Assembly: GCA_026985615.1 (NCBI GenBank)
Contig: JALSQD010000001.1
Coordinates: 281 to 64,280 of the forward strand
DNA length: 64,000 nt
Reading direction: 5' to 3'
Source of the DNA: Thermaceae bacterium
GTDB taxonomy: Bacteria > Deinococcota > Deinococci > Deinococcales > Marinithermaceae
Position 1 is the stretch's first letter. Each line of letters opens with the position of its first letter. Positions 8,211-18,364 of the stretch are shown here, piece by piece. The position numbers and the translations under genes are program-made. The notes below the pieces were generated by a model that saw only the letters and a list, made by a program, of their open reading frames with translations, did not search any database and was not told the origin of the DNA.

Positions 8211-10004
8211 GTGACGGCCAGCGACCTGCCCCGCCTGCCCGCTCGGCCCGGCGTCTACCTGTGGAAGCGCGGCGGGCGGGTGATCTACGTGGGTAAGGCT
8301 AAGAACCTGCGGGCGCGGGTGAGCCACTACGTCCACGGTGAGGACAAGGCCGGGCGCATCTTTACCGAAGCCGACGGGCTCGAGTTCATCGTCACCCGCG
8401 ACGAGGTCGAGGCGCTCTTGCTCGAGGCCAACCTGATCAAGGCCCACCGGCCCGAGTTCAACGTCCTGATGAAGGACGACAAGCACTATCCCTTCCTCAA
8501 GCTGACCAACGAGACCTTTCCCACACTCGTCGTCACCCGCCGGGTCGAGGAAGACGGCGCGCGCTACTGGGGCCCCTTTCCCGACGCCGGGGCGGTGCGG
8601 CGGATCAAGCGGTTGGTGGACCGGGTCTTTCCACTGCGCAAGAACTCGGGCGTGCCAATGAAGAAGAAGCGGCGCCCCTGCCTCAACTACGCCATGGGCC
8701 GCTGCCTGGCTCCCTGCGTAGGGCGGGCCGACCCGGCGGAGTACGCCCGGGTGGTGCGGCGGGTGGAGCGGCTGCTCGACGGCCGGGTGGACGACCTGCT
8801 CGCAGAGCTGGCGGCGCGCATGGAAGAAGCGGCGCGGGCGCAACACTTCGAGCTGGCCGCCGAGCTGCGTGACCAGATCTGGGCGCTCGAGCGCTTCTTC
8901 GCCTCCGGCCAGCAGGCCTATGCCGTCGGGCTGGGCGACCTGGACGTGGTGGGCCTGGCCCGCAGCGGCCCCTACGCCATGGTGCAGCTCTTCCAGATTC
9001 GCGGCGGACGCATGCTGGGCCGCACCAGTCGTTTCGTCGAGAACGCTGGCGAGGCTGCGGACGCCGAGGTGCTCGAGGCCTTCCTACGCGACTACTACCT
9101 GGTGGCCTCGCCGCTGCCGCCGCTGGTGCTGTTGCCACTGGCGACCGAGGGGCAGGAGGTCTTCGCCCGGGCGCTGGCGGAGCGCGCTGGGCGCAAGGTG
9201 GAGCTCAGGGTTCCCAAGCGCGGCGAGAAGGCGCGGCTGATCGAGTTCGCCGGCGAGAACGCCCGCGCCGGGCTCGAGGTGGAGCTGGCGCGGCTGGAAA
9301 AGCGCGGCGACCACCCGGCGCTCGCCAGCCTGCAGCGGACGCTGGGGCTCTCGCGCCGCCCCTGGCGCATCGAGGGTTACGACGTTTCCAACCTCTTTGG
9401 CACCGCGGTGGTAGCGGCGATCGCTGTCTTCGAGGGAGGAAAGCCCAGAAAAAGCCAGTACCGGCGGATGCGTATCCGCGGCCTAGAGGGCCGGCCCGAC
9501 GACTACAAGGCGATAGAGGAGGCCGTCTACCGCCGCTTCACCGGCAGCCTGCAGACCAGGATGGAGAGCCCCGACCTGTTGCTCATCGACGGCGGCCTGG
9601 GGCAGGTGCGCGCTGCCCAGAAGGCGCTCGAGCGCGCCGGCATCAGCCTGCCCTTGGTGGGCCTGGCCAAGCGCGAGGAGGTGCTGGTGCTGCCGAGTGG
9701 CGAGCGGGTGATGCTACCGCTTGACGACCCGGGGCTGCGGCTGCTCATCCACCTGCGCGACGAAACCCACCGCTCAGGCCTCGCCTACAACCGCCAGCTG
9801 CGGGGTAAAAAGACGCTCAAGAGCGTCTTCGACGACGTTCCCGGCATCGGTCCGGCGCGCAAGAAGGTGTTGCTCGAGCGCTACTCCACCCTCGACGAGA
9901 TTCGCGCCGCCTCGCTCGAGGAACTGGCCGCGCTGCCGGGGATGAACCGCCGCGCCGCCGAGGCGGTGTTGCGGCACCTGGAGCGCGTCGGGCGGCCCGC
10001 CTAG
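8211..10004 (+). CDS. uvrC: excinuclease ABC subunit C
   Basis: GIY-YIG N-terminus PGVYLWKRGGRVIYVGKAKNLRARV, a UvrBC-interaction region, and a C-terminal helix-hairpin-helix (VPGIGPARKKVLL). Confidence 0.95.
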   Translation: MTASDLPRLPARPGVYLWKRGGRVIYVGKAKNLRARVSHYVHGEDKAGRIFTEADGLEFIVTRDEVEALLLEANLIKAHRPEFNVLMKDDKHYPFLKLTNETFPTLVVTRRVEEDGARYWGPFPDAGAVRRIKRLVDRVFPLRKNSGVPMKKKRRPCLNYAMGRCLAPCVGRADPAEYARVVRRVERLLDGRVDDLLAELAARMEEAARAQHFELAAELRDQIWALERFFASGQQAYAVGLGDLDVVGLARSGPYAMVQLFQIRGGRMLGRTSRFVENAGEAADAEVLEAFLRDYYLVASPLPPLVLLPLATEGQEVFARALAERAGRKVELRVPKRGEKARLIEFAGENARAGLEVELARLEKRGDHPALASLQRTLGLSRRPWRIEGYDVSNLFGTAVVAAIAVFEGGKPRKSQYRRMRIRGLEGRPDDYKAIEEAVYRRFTGSLQTRMESPDLLLIDGGLGQVRAAQKALERAGISLPLVGLAKREEVLVLPSGERVMLPLDDPGLRLLIHLRDETHRSGLAYNRQLRGKKTLKSVFDDVPGIGPARKKVLLERYSTLDEIRAASLEELAALPGMNRRAAEAVLRHLERVGRPA

Positions 10005-10013
10005 GCTGCTACA

Positions 10014-10433
10014 ATGGGGGCAATGGAACGTCGAATTCGCGTACTCATCGCCAAGCCCGGCCTCGACGGGCACGACCGTGGCGCCAAGGTGGTGGCGCGG
10101 GCGCTGCGCGACGCTGGGATGGAGGTTATCTACACCGGCCTGCGGCAGACGCCCGAGATGATCGTGAGCGCCGCGCTCCAGGAAGATGTAGACGCCATCG
10201 GCCTTTCCGTCCTCTCCGGCGCGCACATGCACTACTTCCGCGAGGTCAAGCGCCTCCTCGACGAGCAGGAGGCGGGCGACATCCTCCTCTTCGGTGGCGG
10301 CATCATCCCCGACGAAGACGTGCCCAAGCTCAAGGAGATCGGCGTGGCCGAGGTCTTCGGGCCCGGCACGCCCACGGGCGATATCGTCGAGTTCATCCGC
10401 GAGGCCACCCGCGAGCGCTGGGCTGCGCAGTAA
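10014..10433 (+). CDS. methylmalonyl-CoA mutase-type cobalamin (B12)-binding domain protein
   Basis: [43 protein letters not shown] contains the DxHxxG B12-binding signature. Confidence 0.88.
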   Translation: MGAMERRIRVLIAKPGLDGHDRGAKVVARALRDAGMEVIYTGLRQTPEMIVSAALQEDVDAIGLSVLSGAHMHYFREVKRLLDEQEAGDILLFGGGIIPDEDVPKLKEIGVAEVFGPGTPTGDIVEFIREATRERWAAQ

Positions 10434-10435
10434 CC

Positions 10436-10984
10436 TTGTACGAGCTGGCCTTCGCCGCCGGGCTGGGCTACCTTCTGGGCAGCCTGCCTTTTGCCGTTTG
10501 GTTCGGCTGGATCCAGAGGAAAAACGTGCTCGCCGAGGGCTCGGGTAATCCGGGGGCGATCAATGCGATCCGGGTGCTGGGGCTGGTGCCCGGGCTGATG
10601 GTGCTCGTGCTCGACGTCTTCAAGGGTTTCCTAGCGGCCTTCTACGGCTCGATTGTGGGCGGCACCACCGGGGCGCTGGTTGGCGGGGTGGCCGCGGTCT
10701 TCGGACACGTCTGCTCGTTCTGGCTGGCCTGTCGGGGCGGTAAGGGTATCGCCACCGCCGCGGGCGTCTGGCTGGCGATCCAGCCGCTGGTCGTCGCCCT
10801 CACCGCCGCGGTCTGGCTGGGCAGCTGGCTCTACCGGCGCGACGCTTACCAGGCCTTCGCGATCGCCGCGGCGTTGCTCGCGCCGCTGGTGGCGCTGGTG
10901 ACCCGGTCGCTCGAGCTCACCCTTACCGCGCTGGCTACCGCCGCGCTCTTGCTGCGCGGCCACTGGCGTTATTTGGCCCGCTGA
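10436..10984 (+). CDS. PlsY-family acyltransferase paralogue (divergent)
   Basis: Contains [17 protein letters not shown] and [10 protein letters not shown] motifs and is multi-pass hydrophobic. TTG start lies 2 nt after the preceding stop. A second, more canonical plsY is at 33737-34351. Confidence 0.7.
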   Translation: MYELAFAAGLGYLLGSLPFAVWFGWIQRKNVLAEGSGNPGAINAIRVLGLVPGLMVLVLDVFKGFLAAFYGSIVGGTTGALVGGVAAVFGHVCSFWLACRGGKGIATAAGVWLAIQPLVVALTAAVWLGSWLYRRDAYQAFAIAAALLAPLVALVTRSLELTLTALATAALLLRGHWRYLAR

Positions 10985-12282
10985 GCGCGTGCGTCGAGCG
11001 CGCGGGCGTGGGCCTCCAGCTCCTCCTCGCGCGCCAGCCGCGCCCCCAGCTCGGAAAGCTCGGCCGCGGCCTGGGCGCCGAACGCCACCACCGGCACGAT
11101 CTTGAGGAAGTCGCGCACGGCCAGGGCGCCGGTCCAGCGGGCCGAGCCCGAGGTGGGCATGACGTGGCTGGGGCCGGCGACGTAGTCGCCGATGGCCTCG
11201 CCCGAGTGCTCGCCCAGGAAGATACCCCCAGCGTTGTGGACGAACCCCAGCCAGTCGGTGGGGCGCTCCACCGAGAGGCAAAGATGCTCGGGGGCGTAGA
11301 GGTCGGCCAGCTTGAGGGCCTCGGCCAGGTCGCTGGTGTGCACGAGACCGCCGTTCGCCAGCGCCTCACGGGCGATTGCCGCACGGGGTAGGTCTTCGAG
11401 CTGGCGCTCGAGCTCGCGCGCCACCGCGTCCAGCAGCTCGGCGTCGGGGCTCAGCAACCACGGCTCGGCCGAGGGGTCGTGCTCGGCCTGGGCCAGCAGG
11501 TCCGCGGCCAGCAGCTCGGGCCGCGCGAAGGCGTCGGCCACGATCAAGGTTTCGGTCGGCCCCGCGAGGCCGTCCACCCCCACCGTGCCAAAGACCTCCT
11601 TCTTGGCCAGGGTCACGAAGAGGTTGCCCGGGCCCACGATCTTGTCCACCCGCGGCACCTTTTCGGTGCTGTAGGCGAGCGCGGCGATGGCCTGCGCTCC
11701 GCCCATGGCGAAGAGGCGATCGGCGCCGGCGGCCCAGGCGGCGGCGAGGATGCCAGGATGAACCGGCGGCGGCGTGGCCACGATGATCTCCTGCACGCCT
11801 GCCACGCGCGCAAGCACGACGGTGTGCAGCACGGTCGAGAGCAGCGGCGCGCTTCCGCCAGGTACGTAGGCCCCCACCCGCCGAATGGGGCGGACGATCT
11901 GGGCTAGCATGCCCTCGGGCGTCGCAGCCATGAAGCCGCCCTTGGGCTCCTTGCGGTGGAACTTTTCGAGCCGCTCACGGGCGATGCCCAGCGCCTCCCG
12001 CAGGTGCGGCTCCATGTCGTCGTAGGCCTCGCGCCACTCGCGTTTGGGCACCTCGTAGGTGGCGTGGCGGTCGAGTTTGAGGCTCCACTCGTCCAGCGCC
12101 TCCTGGCCGCGGGCGGCCACGTCGTCCACGATGCGCCGCACCGCCTCCTCGGCGCTCAGGGGTTCGCCGAAGACCTTGGCGATTCCCTCCTTCACTTTTT
12201 CGGGCAGAGAAAACCGCAACCGGCGCATGGCGAACCGCCCGCGCACCTCCTTCGTCTCGTACCTGGGAATCATCCAGCTCAC
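10969..12282 (-). CDS. hisD: histidinol dehydrogenase
   Basis: HisD-like throughout ([54 protein letters not shown]). The start is uncertain: GTG at 12282 or a downstream ATG. Confidence 0.92.
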   Translation of the reverse strand: MSWMIPRYETKEVRGRFAMRRLRFSLPEKVKEGIAKVFGEPLSAEEAVRRIVDDVAARGQEALDEWSLKLDRHATYEVPKREWREAYDDMEPHLREALGIARERLEKFHRKEPKGGFMAATPEGMLAQIVRPIRRVGAYVPGGSAPLLSTVLHTVVLARVAGVQEIIVATPPPVHPGILAAAWAAGADRLFAMGGAQAIAALAYSTEKVPRVDKIVGPGNLFVTLAKKEVFGTVGVDGLAGPTETLIVADAFARPELLAADLLAQAEHDPSAEPWLLSPDAELLDAVARELERQLEDLPRAAIAREALANGGLVHTSDLAEALKLADLYAPEHLCLSVERPTDWLGFVHNAGGIFLGEHSGEAIGDYVAGPSHVMPTSGSARWTGALAVRDFLKIVPVVAFGAQAAAELSELGARLAREEELEAHARALDARAQRAK

Positions 12283-12944
12283 CTCCGGCGCCGCCGGCGG
12301 CGCCCGCCCCGGCGGCGCGAGCGCTTTTTCTCGGTCTTTTCCCGGCGCGCCTCCGGTTCGGGCTCGTGCACCACCTCCACGAGCTCCGCCTCGAAGACGT
12401 GTTCGCCCACCTGCTGCGAAAACCGCAGCGGGTAGCCCTCCTCATCGTAGTAGATCAGGCTCACGCCCGGGCGCAGCCGCCAGGAGCGGGCCCGCACCTC
12501 GCCCCAGGGCAGCGCGAGCGTTTCCTCACCCAGCCGCTCGGCGTGGACGCGGCCGCCCAGGAGCGGCAGGGTGACCACCGCATGCTCGCTCTGGCCCAGG
12601 GCCAGGATCAGCGAGAGCGGGTCGTGGTAATCCACGGTATAGGGCAGCACGAACTCGGGCTCCCCCCGCGTCACCACCACGCCCTCGTCGCGCAGGAACT
12701 CTACCTGGTAAACCTTGTTTTGCCGCCCCTCGATGCGTTCGGAGAACTTGAGGGGGATGCCCCGCGCGTCCATCTCACTCACCCAGCGCTGCTTGGTCCG
12801 GGGCAGCGGCAGGGCCACGTCGGCGGTTAGCGTCATGCGCGTGCCCGACTTGGTGCGTTCGTAGCGGAGCTGTTGCTGCCCCGCTTCGCGCCCGGCGTAG
12901 CTGAGCTTGTACTTGAGGAGTACCGGCGCCTTCACCAGCCCCAT
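12279..12944 (-). CDS. hypothetical protein with poly-Arg C-terminal tail
   Basis: 221-aa ORF with a GTGA overlap onto the hisD start. It ends [16 protein letters not shown]. No family can be assigned confidently by eye (possibly DUF3108-like). Confidence 0.6.
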   Translation of the reverse strand: MGLVKAPVLLKYKLSYAGREAGQQQLRYERTKSGTRMTLTADVALPLPRTKQRWVSEMDARGIPLKFSERIEGRQNKVYQVEFLRDEGVVVTRGEPEFVLPYTVDYHDPLSLILALGQSEHAVVTLPLLGGRVHAERLGEETLALPWGEVRARSWRLRPGVSLIYYDEEGYPLRFSQQVGEHVFEAELVEVVHEPEPEARREKTEKKRSRRRGGRRRRRRR

Positions 12945-13027
12945 GGTACACCACGCCTTTCTGCTCCCCTAGGCAACGCCCCGCGCGTACGTTAGACTAA
13001 GGCTTCGGACCGGAGGTCCTTCGAGCC

Positions 13028-14323
13028 ATGCGCAAGGTCGTCATCGTCGGCCGCCCCAACGTGGGCAAGTCCAGCCTCTACAACCGCCTGCTCGGCCGCC
13101 GCGACGCGGTGGTGGCCGACGAGGCCGGCGTGACCCGCGACCTCAAGGAGGCTGTGGTCGAGACCGAGCGCGGCAAGTTCAAGCTGGTGGACACCGGCGG
13201 TCTCTGGTCGGGCGACGCCTGGGAGCCCAAAATCAAGGAGAAGGTGGACCGCGCACTCGACGAGGCCGATCTGGTCCTTTTCCTGGTGGACGGCCGCGCC
13301 GAGCTCGCCCAGGCCGACTACGAGGTGGCCGACTACCTGCGTCGCAAGAACAAGCCGGTGCGGCTGGTGGCCACCAAGGTGGACCACCCCAAGCACGAGG
13401 CCTACCTGGGCGAGCTCTACGCCCTGGGTTTTGGCGACCCCATACCCACTTCAGTGGAGCACCGCCGCGGCCTCGACGAGCTGGAGGAGGCCATCTGGGA
13501 GGCGCTACCTGAGGACGAGGCCACCGAGGTCGAGATCCCGCCCATCCGCGTGGCCATCATCGGGCGCCCCAACGCCGGCAAGTCGAGCCTGCTGAACGCC
13601 ATCCTGGGCGAGGACCGGGTCATCGTTGCCGACCAGCCCGGTACCACCCGCGACAGCATCGACGTGGAACTCGACTACGGCGGCACCCGCTTCGTGCTGG
13701 TGGACACCGCCGGCATCCGCAAGCGGCCCGAGACAGCGGTGGAGCACTTCGCCATCCAGCGCGCCCACCGCGTCATCCAGGAAGCCGACGTGGTCGTGCT
13801 GGCGGTGGATCCCTTCGAGCTGGGCGACCGCGAGCTGAAGATGGCGAACGAGGCCTTGGACGCCGGCAAGCCGGTGATTCTGGCCGTGACCAAGTGGGAC
13901 GCCGTGCCCAAGGGGGAGCGGAGCGAAGCGCGGCGCCAGATTCGCGAGAAGCTGGCCCACCTGGAGCACCTGCCCACCGTTTACACCTCCGCGGTCACGG
14001 GGCAGAACCTGCACAAGATCTTCCCGCTGGCCGCGCGGCTTTACCACAAAGCGCGCGAGCGTTTCGACACCGCCGATCTAAACCGCTGGGTTCAGGTCTG
14101 GCTCGCCGGAACCCGGGTGCCCAACTTCAAGGGCAAGCCCCTCAAAGTCTTCTTTGTGACCCAGCCCGAGGTGGCCCCGCCGCTCTTTGTCTTCTTCGTC
14201 AACCGACCCGAGTTCGTCACCCGCGCCTTCGAAAACTACATCAAGAACCGCATCCGCGAAGACCTGGACCTGCGCGAGGTTCCCTTCAAGGTTGCTTGGC
14301 GGGGCCGCAAGACGCGCAGTTGA
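13028..14323 (+). CDS. der: ribosome-associated GTPase Der/EngA
   Basis: Two tandem G domains (GRPNVGKSSL and GRPNAGKSSL, each with DTAG/DTGG) plus a KH-like C-terminus. Confidence 0.95.
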   Translation: MRKVVIVGRPNVGKSSLYNRLLGRRDAVVADEAGVTRDLKEAVVETERGKFKLVDTGGLWSGDAWEPKIKEKVDRALDEADLVLFLVDGRAELAQADYEVADYLRRKNKPVRLVATKVDHPKHEAYLGELYALGFGDPIPTSVEHRRGLDELEEAIWEALPEDEATEVEIPPIRVAIIGRPNAGKSSLLNAILGEDRVIVADQPGTTRDSIDVELDYGGTRFVLVDTAGIRKRPETAVEHFAIQRAHRVIQEADVVVLAVDPFELGDRELKMANEALDAGKPVILAVTKWDAVPKGERSEARRQIREKLAHLEHLPTVYTSAVTGQNLHKIFPLAARLYHKARERFDTADLNRWVQVWLAGTRVPNFKGKPLKVFFVTQPEVAPPLFVFFVNRPEFVTRAFENYIKNRIREDLDLREVPFKVAWRGRKTRS

Positions 14324-14324
14324 A

Positions 14325-15065
14325 CTAGCCTTCCAGGTCGAAGACGAGGGGGCGGTCCGTTCCGTGCGGTGACTCCGCTAGCAGCTCGCCGCCCGGGCCT
14401 GCCACCAGCGCGCCGCCGAAACTGGGCGCTTCGTTTTCGCTTGCTGCTGGCTCTTCGAGCGCGTTGACGATGGCGGTTGTCACGCCGACGTTCCGAACCG
14501 CCTCCAGGTAGGCCGCGCGTTCCTCGCGTAGCCAGCGTTCCGGATCGGGAGAACGCCCGTCGAAAGCGCGTGCCATAGGGACGAGCACCAGGTCTAGCTT
14601 CTCGGGGAGGAGCGAGAGCGCTCGTTCGGAAAAGAGGTCGCCGCAGGTAAGCACAGCCAGGCGAGTTTCCTCCAGGTTGGCGGGAACGAGCTCGCTTCCG
14701 CGCACGTAGGGCGACGATTCCGAGAGCTTCCGCTGGCGCAGTAGGAGGTCGCCGGAGCGGTCCAGCAGCACGGCGGTGTTGGCCCGCCCCTCCGGGGTCG
14801 CTTCGATCAGGCCGAAAAGGACATGGCTCTCCAGGCTTCGCGCTAGCCCCGCAAAGCGGGCGGTGGTGCGGCCAGGTACCGGCTCGGCGAATCGGTTCAG
14901 GTCTTTGGTTTCGTAAAGGTATCCGGTTAGCGTAGTTTCAGGGAAGACGATGAGATCCAGCGCATCGTGCTCGCGATGGATCCGACGGGCCACGGCGAAC
15001 GCGTTTTGTGCGTTCGTCCGGAGGTCGCGCGGGTGGGTGCGCAGCGGCACCAGGGCGAGCCGCAC
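14325..15065 (-). CDS. carbon-nitrogen hydrolase family protein
   Basis: Contains VFPETTLTGY (catalytic Glu region) and VLTCGDLF (catalytic Cys region). Confidence 0.8.
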   Translation of the reverse strand: MRLALVPLRTHPRDLRTNAQNAFAVARRIHREHDALDLIVFPETTLTGYLYETKDLNRFAEPVPGRTTARFAGLARSLESHVLFGLIEATPEGRANTAVLLDRSGDLLLRQRKLSESSPYVRGSELVPANLEETRLAVLTCGDLFSERALSLLPEKLDLVLVPMARAFDGRSPDPERWLREERAAYLEAVRNVGVTTAIVNALEEPAASENEAPSFGGALVAGPGGELLAESPHGTDRPLVFDLEG

Positions 15066-15068
15066 GGC

Positions 15069-15794
15069 TCAGCCCTCCAGTTGTAACAGCGTGCGCAGAC
15101 CTTCGGAGGCGCTTGTGCGCAGCGAGAGATCAGCCAGCGGGGTGAGTGGAGTGGGCTCGGGGTTGATCTCGATCAGATAGGCTCCGCTGGCCTTGGCCGC
15201 CCGGCCCAGGCTGGCCGCGGGCTCCACCACCGCGCTGGTGCCGATGACCAGGGCCACGTCGGCGGTCATGAAGGCGCGCTCGGCCTGGCCCAGCTGGTCG
15301 GCGTCCAGGAACTCGCCGAACCAGACCACGTCGGGGCGCATGCGCCCGCCGCAGCGCTCGCAGGTTGGCGGGGGCACGAATCGGTCCGGGGGCGGCAGGG
15401 GCTGGCGGTGGCCGCAGCGCTCGCAGCGGGCGCGGGTGATGTTGCCGTGGAGCTCGACCAGCCGCTGGTTGCCGGCGCGGGCGTGCAGGCCGTCCACGTT
15501 CTGGGTTACCAGTAAGAAGCCCCGACCTTTGGCGCGCTCGATCTCCGCCAGCAGCCGGTGGGCCTCGTTGGGCTCGGCCTCCATCACCTGGGCGTAGCGC
15601 ATGGCGTACCAGCGCCACACCTTTTCGGGATCGCGGGCGTAGGCCTCGGGGGTGGCCAGCTCTTCGGGCCGGAACCCCTCCCAGAGCCCACCCGAACCGC
15701 GAAAAGTGGGGATGCCCGACTCGGCGCTGATGCCGGCTCCGGTCAGTACCGCCACACGCTCCGCGCGTTGCAGGCGCTCCTTGGCTTCTTCCAT
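15069..15794 (-). CDS. cobB: NAD-dependent protein deacylase (Sir2 family)
   Basis: Contains GAGISAESGIPTFRG, TQNVDGLH and the zinc ribbon CERCGH...CERCGG. Confidence 0.9.
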   Translation of the reverse strand: MEEAKERLQRAERVAVLTGAGISAESGIPTFRGSGGLWEGFRPEELATPEAYARDPEKVWRWYAMRYAQVMEAEPNEAHRLLAEIERAKGRGFLLVTQNVDGLHARAGNQRLVELHGNITRARCERCGHRQPLPPPDRFVPPPTCERCGGRMRPDVVWFGEFLDADQLGQAERAFMTADVALVIGTSAVVEPAASLGRAAKASGAYLIEINPEPTPLTPLADLSLRTSASEGLRTLLQLEG

Positions 15795-15817
15795 GCCCCC
15801 AGGATAGCGCCCCCGGA

Positions 15818-15826
15818 TGCTAGATT
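15818..15826 (+). promoter_or_regulatory. extended -10 TGcTAGATT, 6 nt upstream of GTG at 15833 (leaderless-type)
   Basis: Reads TGCTAGATT-GAACCT-GTG. Confidence 0.45.
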
Positions 15827-15832
15827 GAACCT

Positions 15833-16900
15833 GTGGACCGGAGCCAGCGTCTCGAAGCCCGTCTCGTCGTGCCGCTCACCCTGGTGGCCCTCGTCACCGC
15901 GACGGGTACTGTGGGCTACTGGCTCCTGTGGCGTCCCTACGGCGCCACCTGGCTCGACGCCTTCTACATGACCTTCATCACCATCACCACGATCGGATAC
16001 GGCGAGCCCTACCCGCTCGACGATAGGGGGCGGATGTTCACCGTCTTCGTGGGAACGACGGGCATCGCCAGCCTCTTCTACGTTTTCGGGGTGTTCATGG
16101 ACCACCTCGTCGAGGTGGGGGCGAGCGGGGTGCGGAGGAAGCGACTCATGGAAAAGAAAGCTGCGGCCTTGCGGGAACACGTCATCCTCGTCGGCCTGGG
16201 CCGGGTGGGGCGCCAGGCCGCCGAGGAGCTGGCCCAGGCGGGCGAGAACTTCGTGGTGGTCGAGCGCAATCCTGAGCGCGTGGCCTGGGCGCTGGAGCAG
16301 GGTTACCTCGTGCTCGAGGGCGACGCCACCGATGACGAGGTGCTCAAGAAGGCTGGCGTGGAGCACGCCAAGGGCTTGATCGTGGCCACCGGCGACGACG
16401 CCAGCAACCTCTTCATCGTGCTGAGCGCGCGCGCCCTCAATCCCAGCCTCTATATTGTCGCCCGGGCCGAAGACGCCGACGTGCTGCCGAAGATGCTCAA
16501 GGCGGGCGCGGACCGGGTGATCGACCCCTACGCCATCGGCGGGCGGCGACTCGCCAGCCTGGTGCTGCACCCGGCGGTGGTGGACTTTTTGGAGACCACG
16601 CTGCGCCGCGGCGGGGCACCGATCTCGATCGAGGACATCCTCATCACCCAGGACAGCCCGCTGGCGGGTAAGTCGATCGCGGAGCTCAACCTCAACCGGC
16701 GTTATGGCGTGGTGGTGCTGGCACTCATTCGTGGCGAGGAGACCATCGTTTCGCCGCCGGCGGAGTTCGTTTTTGAGCCGGGGGATCAGGTGATCGTGAT
16801 GGCCACCGTCGAGCAGCTCGAGCGCTTCGTGCGCGAGATGGAGCTGCAGGAAGGGGCCAGGCGCAAGGAGCGCCTCGCCCGCGAAGCAAAGGGAGGGTAG
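15833..16900 (+). CDS. potassium channel protein with RCK (TrkA-N/TrkA-C) domains
   Basis: Selectivity filter TTIGYGE, Rossmann motif ILVGLGRVG, and a C-terminal TrkA-C-like domain. Confidence 0.88.
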   Translation: MDRSQRLEARLVVPLTLVALVTATGTVGYWLLWRPYGATWLDAFYMTFITITTIGYGEPYPLDDRGRMFTVFVGTTGIASLFYVFGVFMDHLVEVGASGVRRKRLMEKKAAALREHVILVGLGRVGRQAAEELAQAGENFVVVERNPERVAWALEQGYLVLEGDATDDEVLKKAGVEHAKGLIVATGDDASNLFIVLSARALNPSLYIVARAEDADVLPKMLKAGADRVIDPYAIGGRRLASLVLHPAVVDFLETTLRRGGAPISIEDILITQDSPLAGKSIAELNLNRRYGVVVLALIRGEETIVSPPAEFVFEPGDQVIVMATVEQLERFVREMELQEGARRKERLAREAKGG

Positions 16901-16903
16901 ACC

Positions 16904-18364
16904 ATGCGGCTGTTCACGCCCGAAGCCATGCGCGTCGCCGACGCGCGCGCGGTGGAGCTGGGATACCCCAGCATGCTCCTCATGGAGGCCGCCGGTCGCG
17001 CAGTGGCCGAGGCTGCCCTGGCGGTCTGGCCCGCAGCCCGGCGCTATGTTGTGGTTGCCGGCAAGGGCAACAACGGCGGCGACGGCCTGGTCGCTGCCCG
17101 CTGGCTGCTGCTGTGGGGGCGTGAGGTGCGCGTCTTCGCCCCCGAGGGCCACCGTGGCGACGCCACCCTGGCCCGCGCCGCCCTCGAAGTCCACCAGTCT
17201 GTGGAGCCGATCGAGGCGCTCGACCTGCGCGGAGCGGAGGTGGTGGTGGACGCGCTCTTTGGCACCGGTCTCTCGCGGCCGCTGGAGGGGGAGTGGGCCG
17301 AACGGGTCGCCCGCATCAACGCCGCCGGCGCGCCCGTGCTGGCGGTGGACGTGCCTTCGGGTCTGCCCTATGAGCCCCACGTTCGGGCCGACCTGACCGT
17401 GGCCCTGGCAGGCCTCAAGCCCGCCCACGTCTTCTACCCCGAACGTTCGACGTGCGGCCGGATCGCGCTCGCCGACATCGGCATGCCCCGCGCGCTGCTG
17501 GAGCCGCGTGAGCTGCCCGAGTTGCTGGAGCCCGAGGCCATGCGCGCGCTGCTTCCCGCCAGGCCCGGCGATGCCCACAAGGGTTCGGTGGGCCGGGTGC
17601 TGGTGGTGGGCGGGGCGCCCAGCTACACCGGCGCTCCGGCGCTGGCCGCGCTCGGCGCCTACCGCGCCGGCGCGGGGCTGGTGACCGTGGCCTACCCCCG
17701 CGACGCGGCGGGGGTAGAGCCCCCGCTCGAGGCGGTGCGCTTGCCCGTGGCGCGCTGGCAGGACGCCCGCCTGGCCGAGGCCCGGGCCGAAGCCGTGGCC
17801 GTGGGCATGGGCGGAGGGGAGGGGGGCGGCGCCGCGGCCCGCGCCGCACTGCGTCTGCGCAAGCCCACCCTTTTGGACGCCGACGCGCTCTACCCTGAGG
17901 TGCTCAAGGCCTACGCCGAGGCGGCCTTACCCACGGTCATCACCCCGCACCCGGGCGAGGCTGCGCGCCTGCTCGACCAGAGCCCTGCAGCCGTCGCGGC
18001 CGAGCCGCTGGCGCACGCGCGCGAGCTCGCCCGGCGTTACCGCACCGTGGCGGTGCTCAAGGGCGGGCCTACCGTGATCTGCGAGCCGGGCCGCTGCGCG
18101 GTGAACACCACCGGCAACCCGGCGATGGCCACCGGCGGTATGGGCGACGTGCTTTCGGGTGTGATCGCGGCGCTGCTGGCTGCGGGGCTCGAGCCCTGGG
18201 ACGCGGCGCGACTGGGTGTTTACCTGCACGGCCTCGCCGGCGACGCGGTGGCGCGGGTGGGGCTGGTGGCTCGCGACGTGGCCGAGGCCCTGCCGGGCGC
18301 CCGCGCTCGGCTCGCGCGCGGGCAGGTGCGCCCCTACTGGGATTGGGGCTTGCTGGGGGGTTAG
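16904..18364 (+). CDS. nnr: bifunctional NAD(P)H-hydrate repair enzyme (epimerase/dehydratase)
   Basis: YjeF_N motif VVVAGKGNNGGDGLVAA plus the C-terminal kinase-like motif GGMGDVLSGVIAALLA. Confidence 0.9.
   Translation: MRLFTPEAMRVADARAVELGYPSMLLMEAAGRAVAEAALAVWPAARRYVVVAGKGNNGGDGLVAARWLLLWGREVRVFAPEGHRGDATLARAALEVHQSVEPIEALDLRGAEVVVDALFGTGLSRPLEGEWAERVARINAAGAPVLAVDVPSGLPYEPHVRADLTVALAGLKPAHVFYPERSTCGRIALADIGMPRALLEPRELPELLEPEAMRALLPARPGDAHKGSVGRVLVVGGAPSYTGAPALAALGAYRAGAGLVTVAYPRDAAGVEPPLEAVRLPVARWQDARLAEARAEAVAVGMGGGEGGGAAARAALRLRKPTLLDADALYPEVLKAYAEAALPTVITPHPGEAARLLDQSPAAVAAEPLAHARELARRYRTVAVLKGGPTVICEPGRCAVNTTGNPAMATGGMGDVLSGVIAALLAAGLEPWDAARLGVYLHGLAGDAVARVGLVARDVAEALPGARARLARGQVRPYWDWGLLGG

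Noticed and set aside
15069-15794. The Sir2-family gene was considered as a possible defence component (Thoeris/DSR/SIR2-HerA-like).
   Set aside because: It is a compact 241-aa sirtuin with the Zn-ribbon and NAD motifs of CobB-type deacylases. It has no fused or adjacent effector or sensor partners, and it sits among housekeeping genes.
15743-17578. Very long ORFs in the supplied track lie antisense to, or in alternate frames of, well-supported genes. Examples are 15743-17578 (611 aa), 41557-43695 (712 aa), 51402-53888 (828 aa), 5777-7390, 20333-21622, 37446-38993, 39733-41049, 28740-30044, 46889-48103 and 2792-3634.
   Set aside because: Their products are low-complexity Arg/Pro/Gly/Ala/His-rich strings with no recognisable motifs. 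Each fully overlaps a gene with clear family signatures (K+ channel/Nnr, PilX-like, PheT, VWA/IspG, SdhA, Alr and others). Stop-codon scarcity in ~70% GC DNA explains them.
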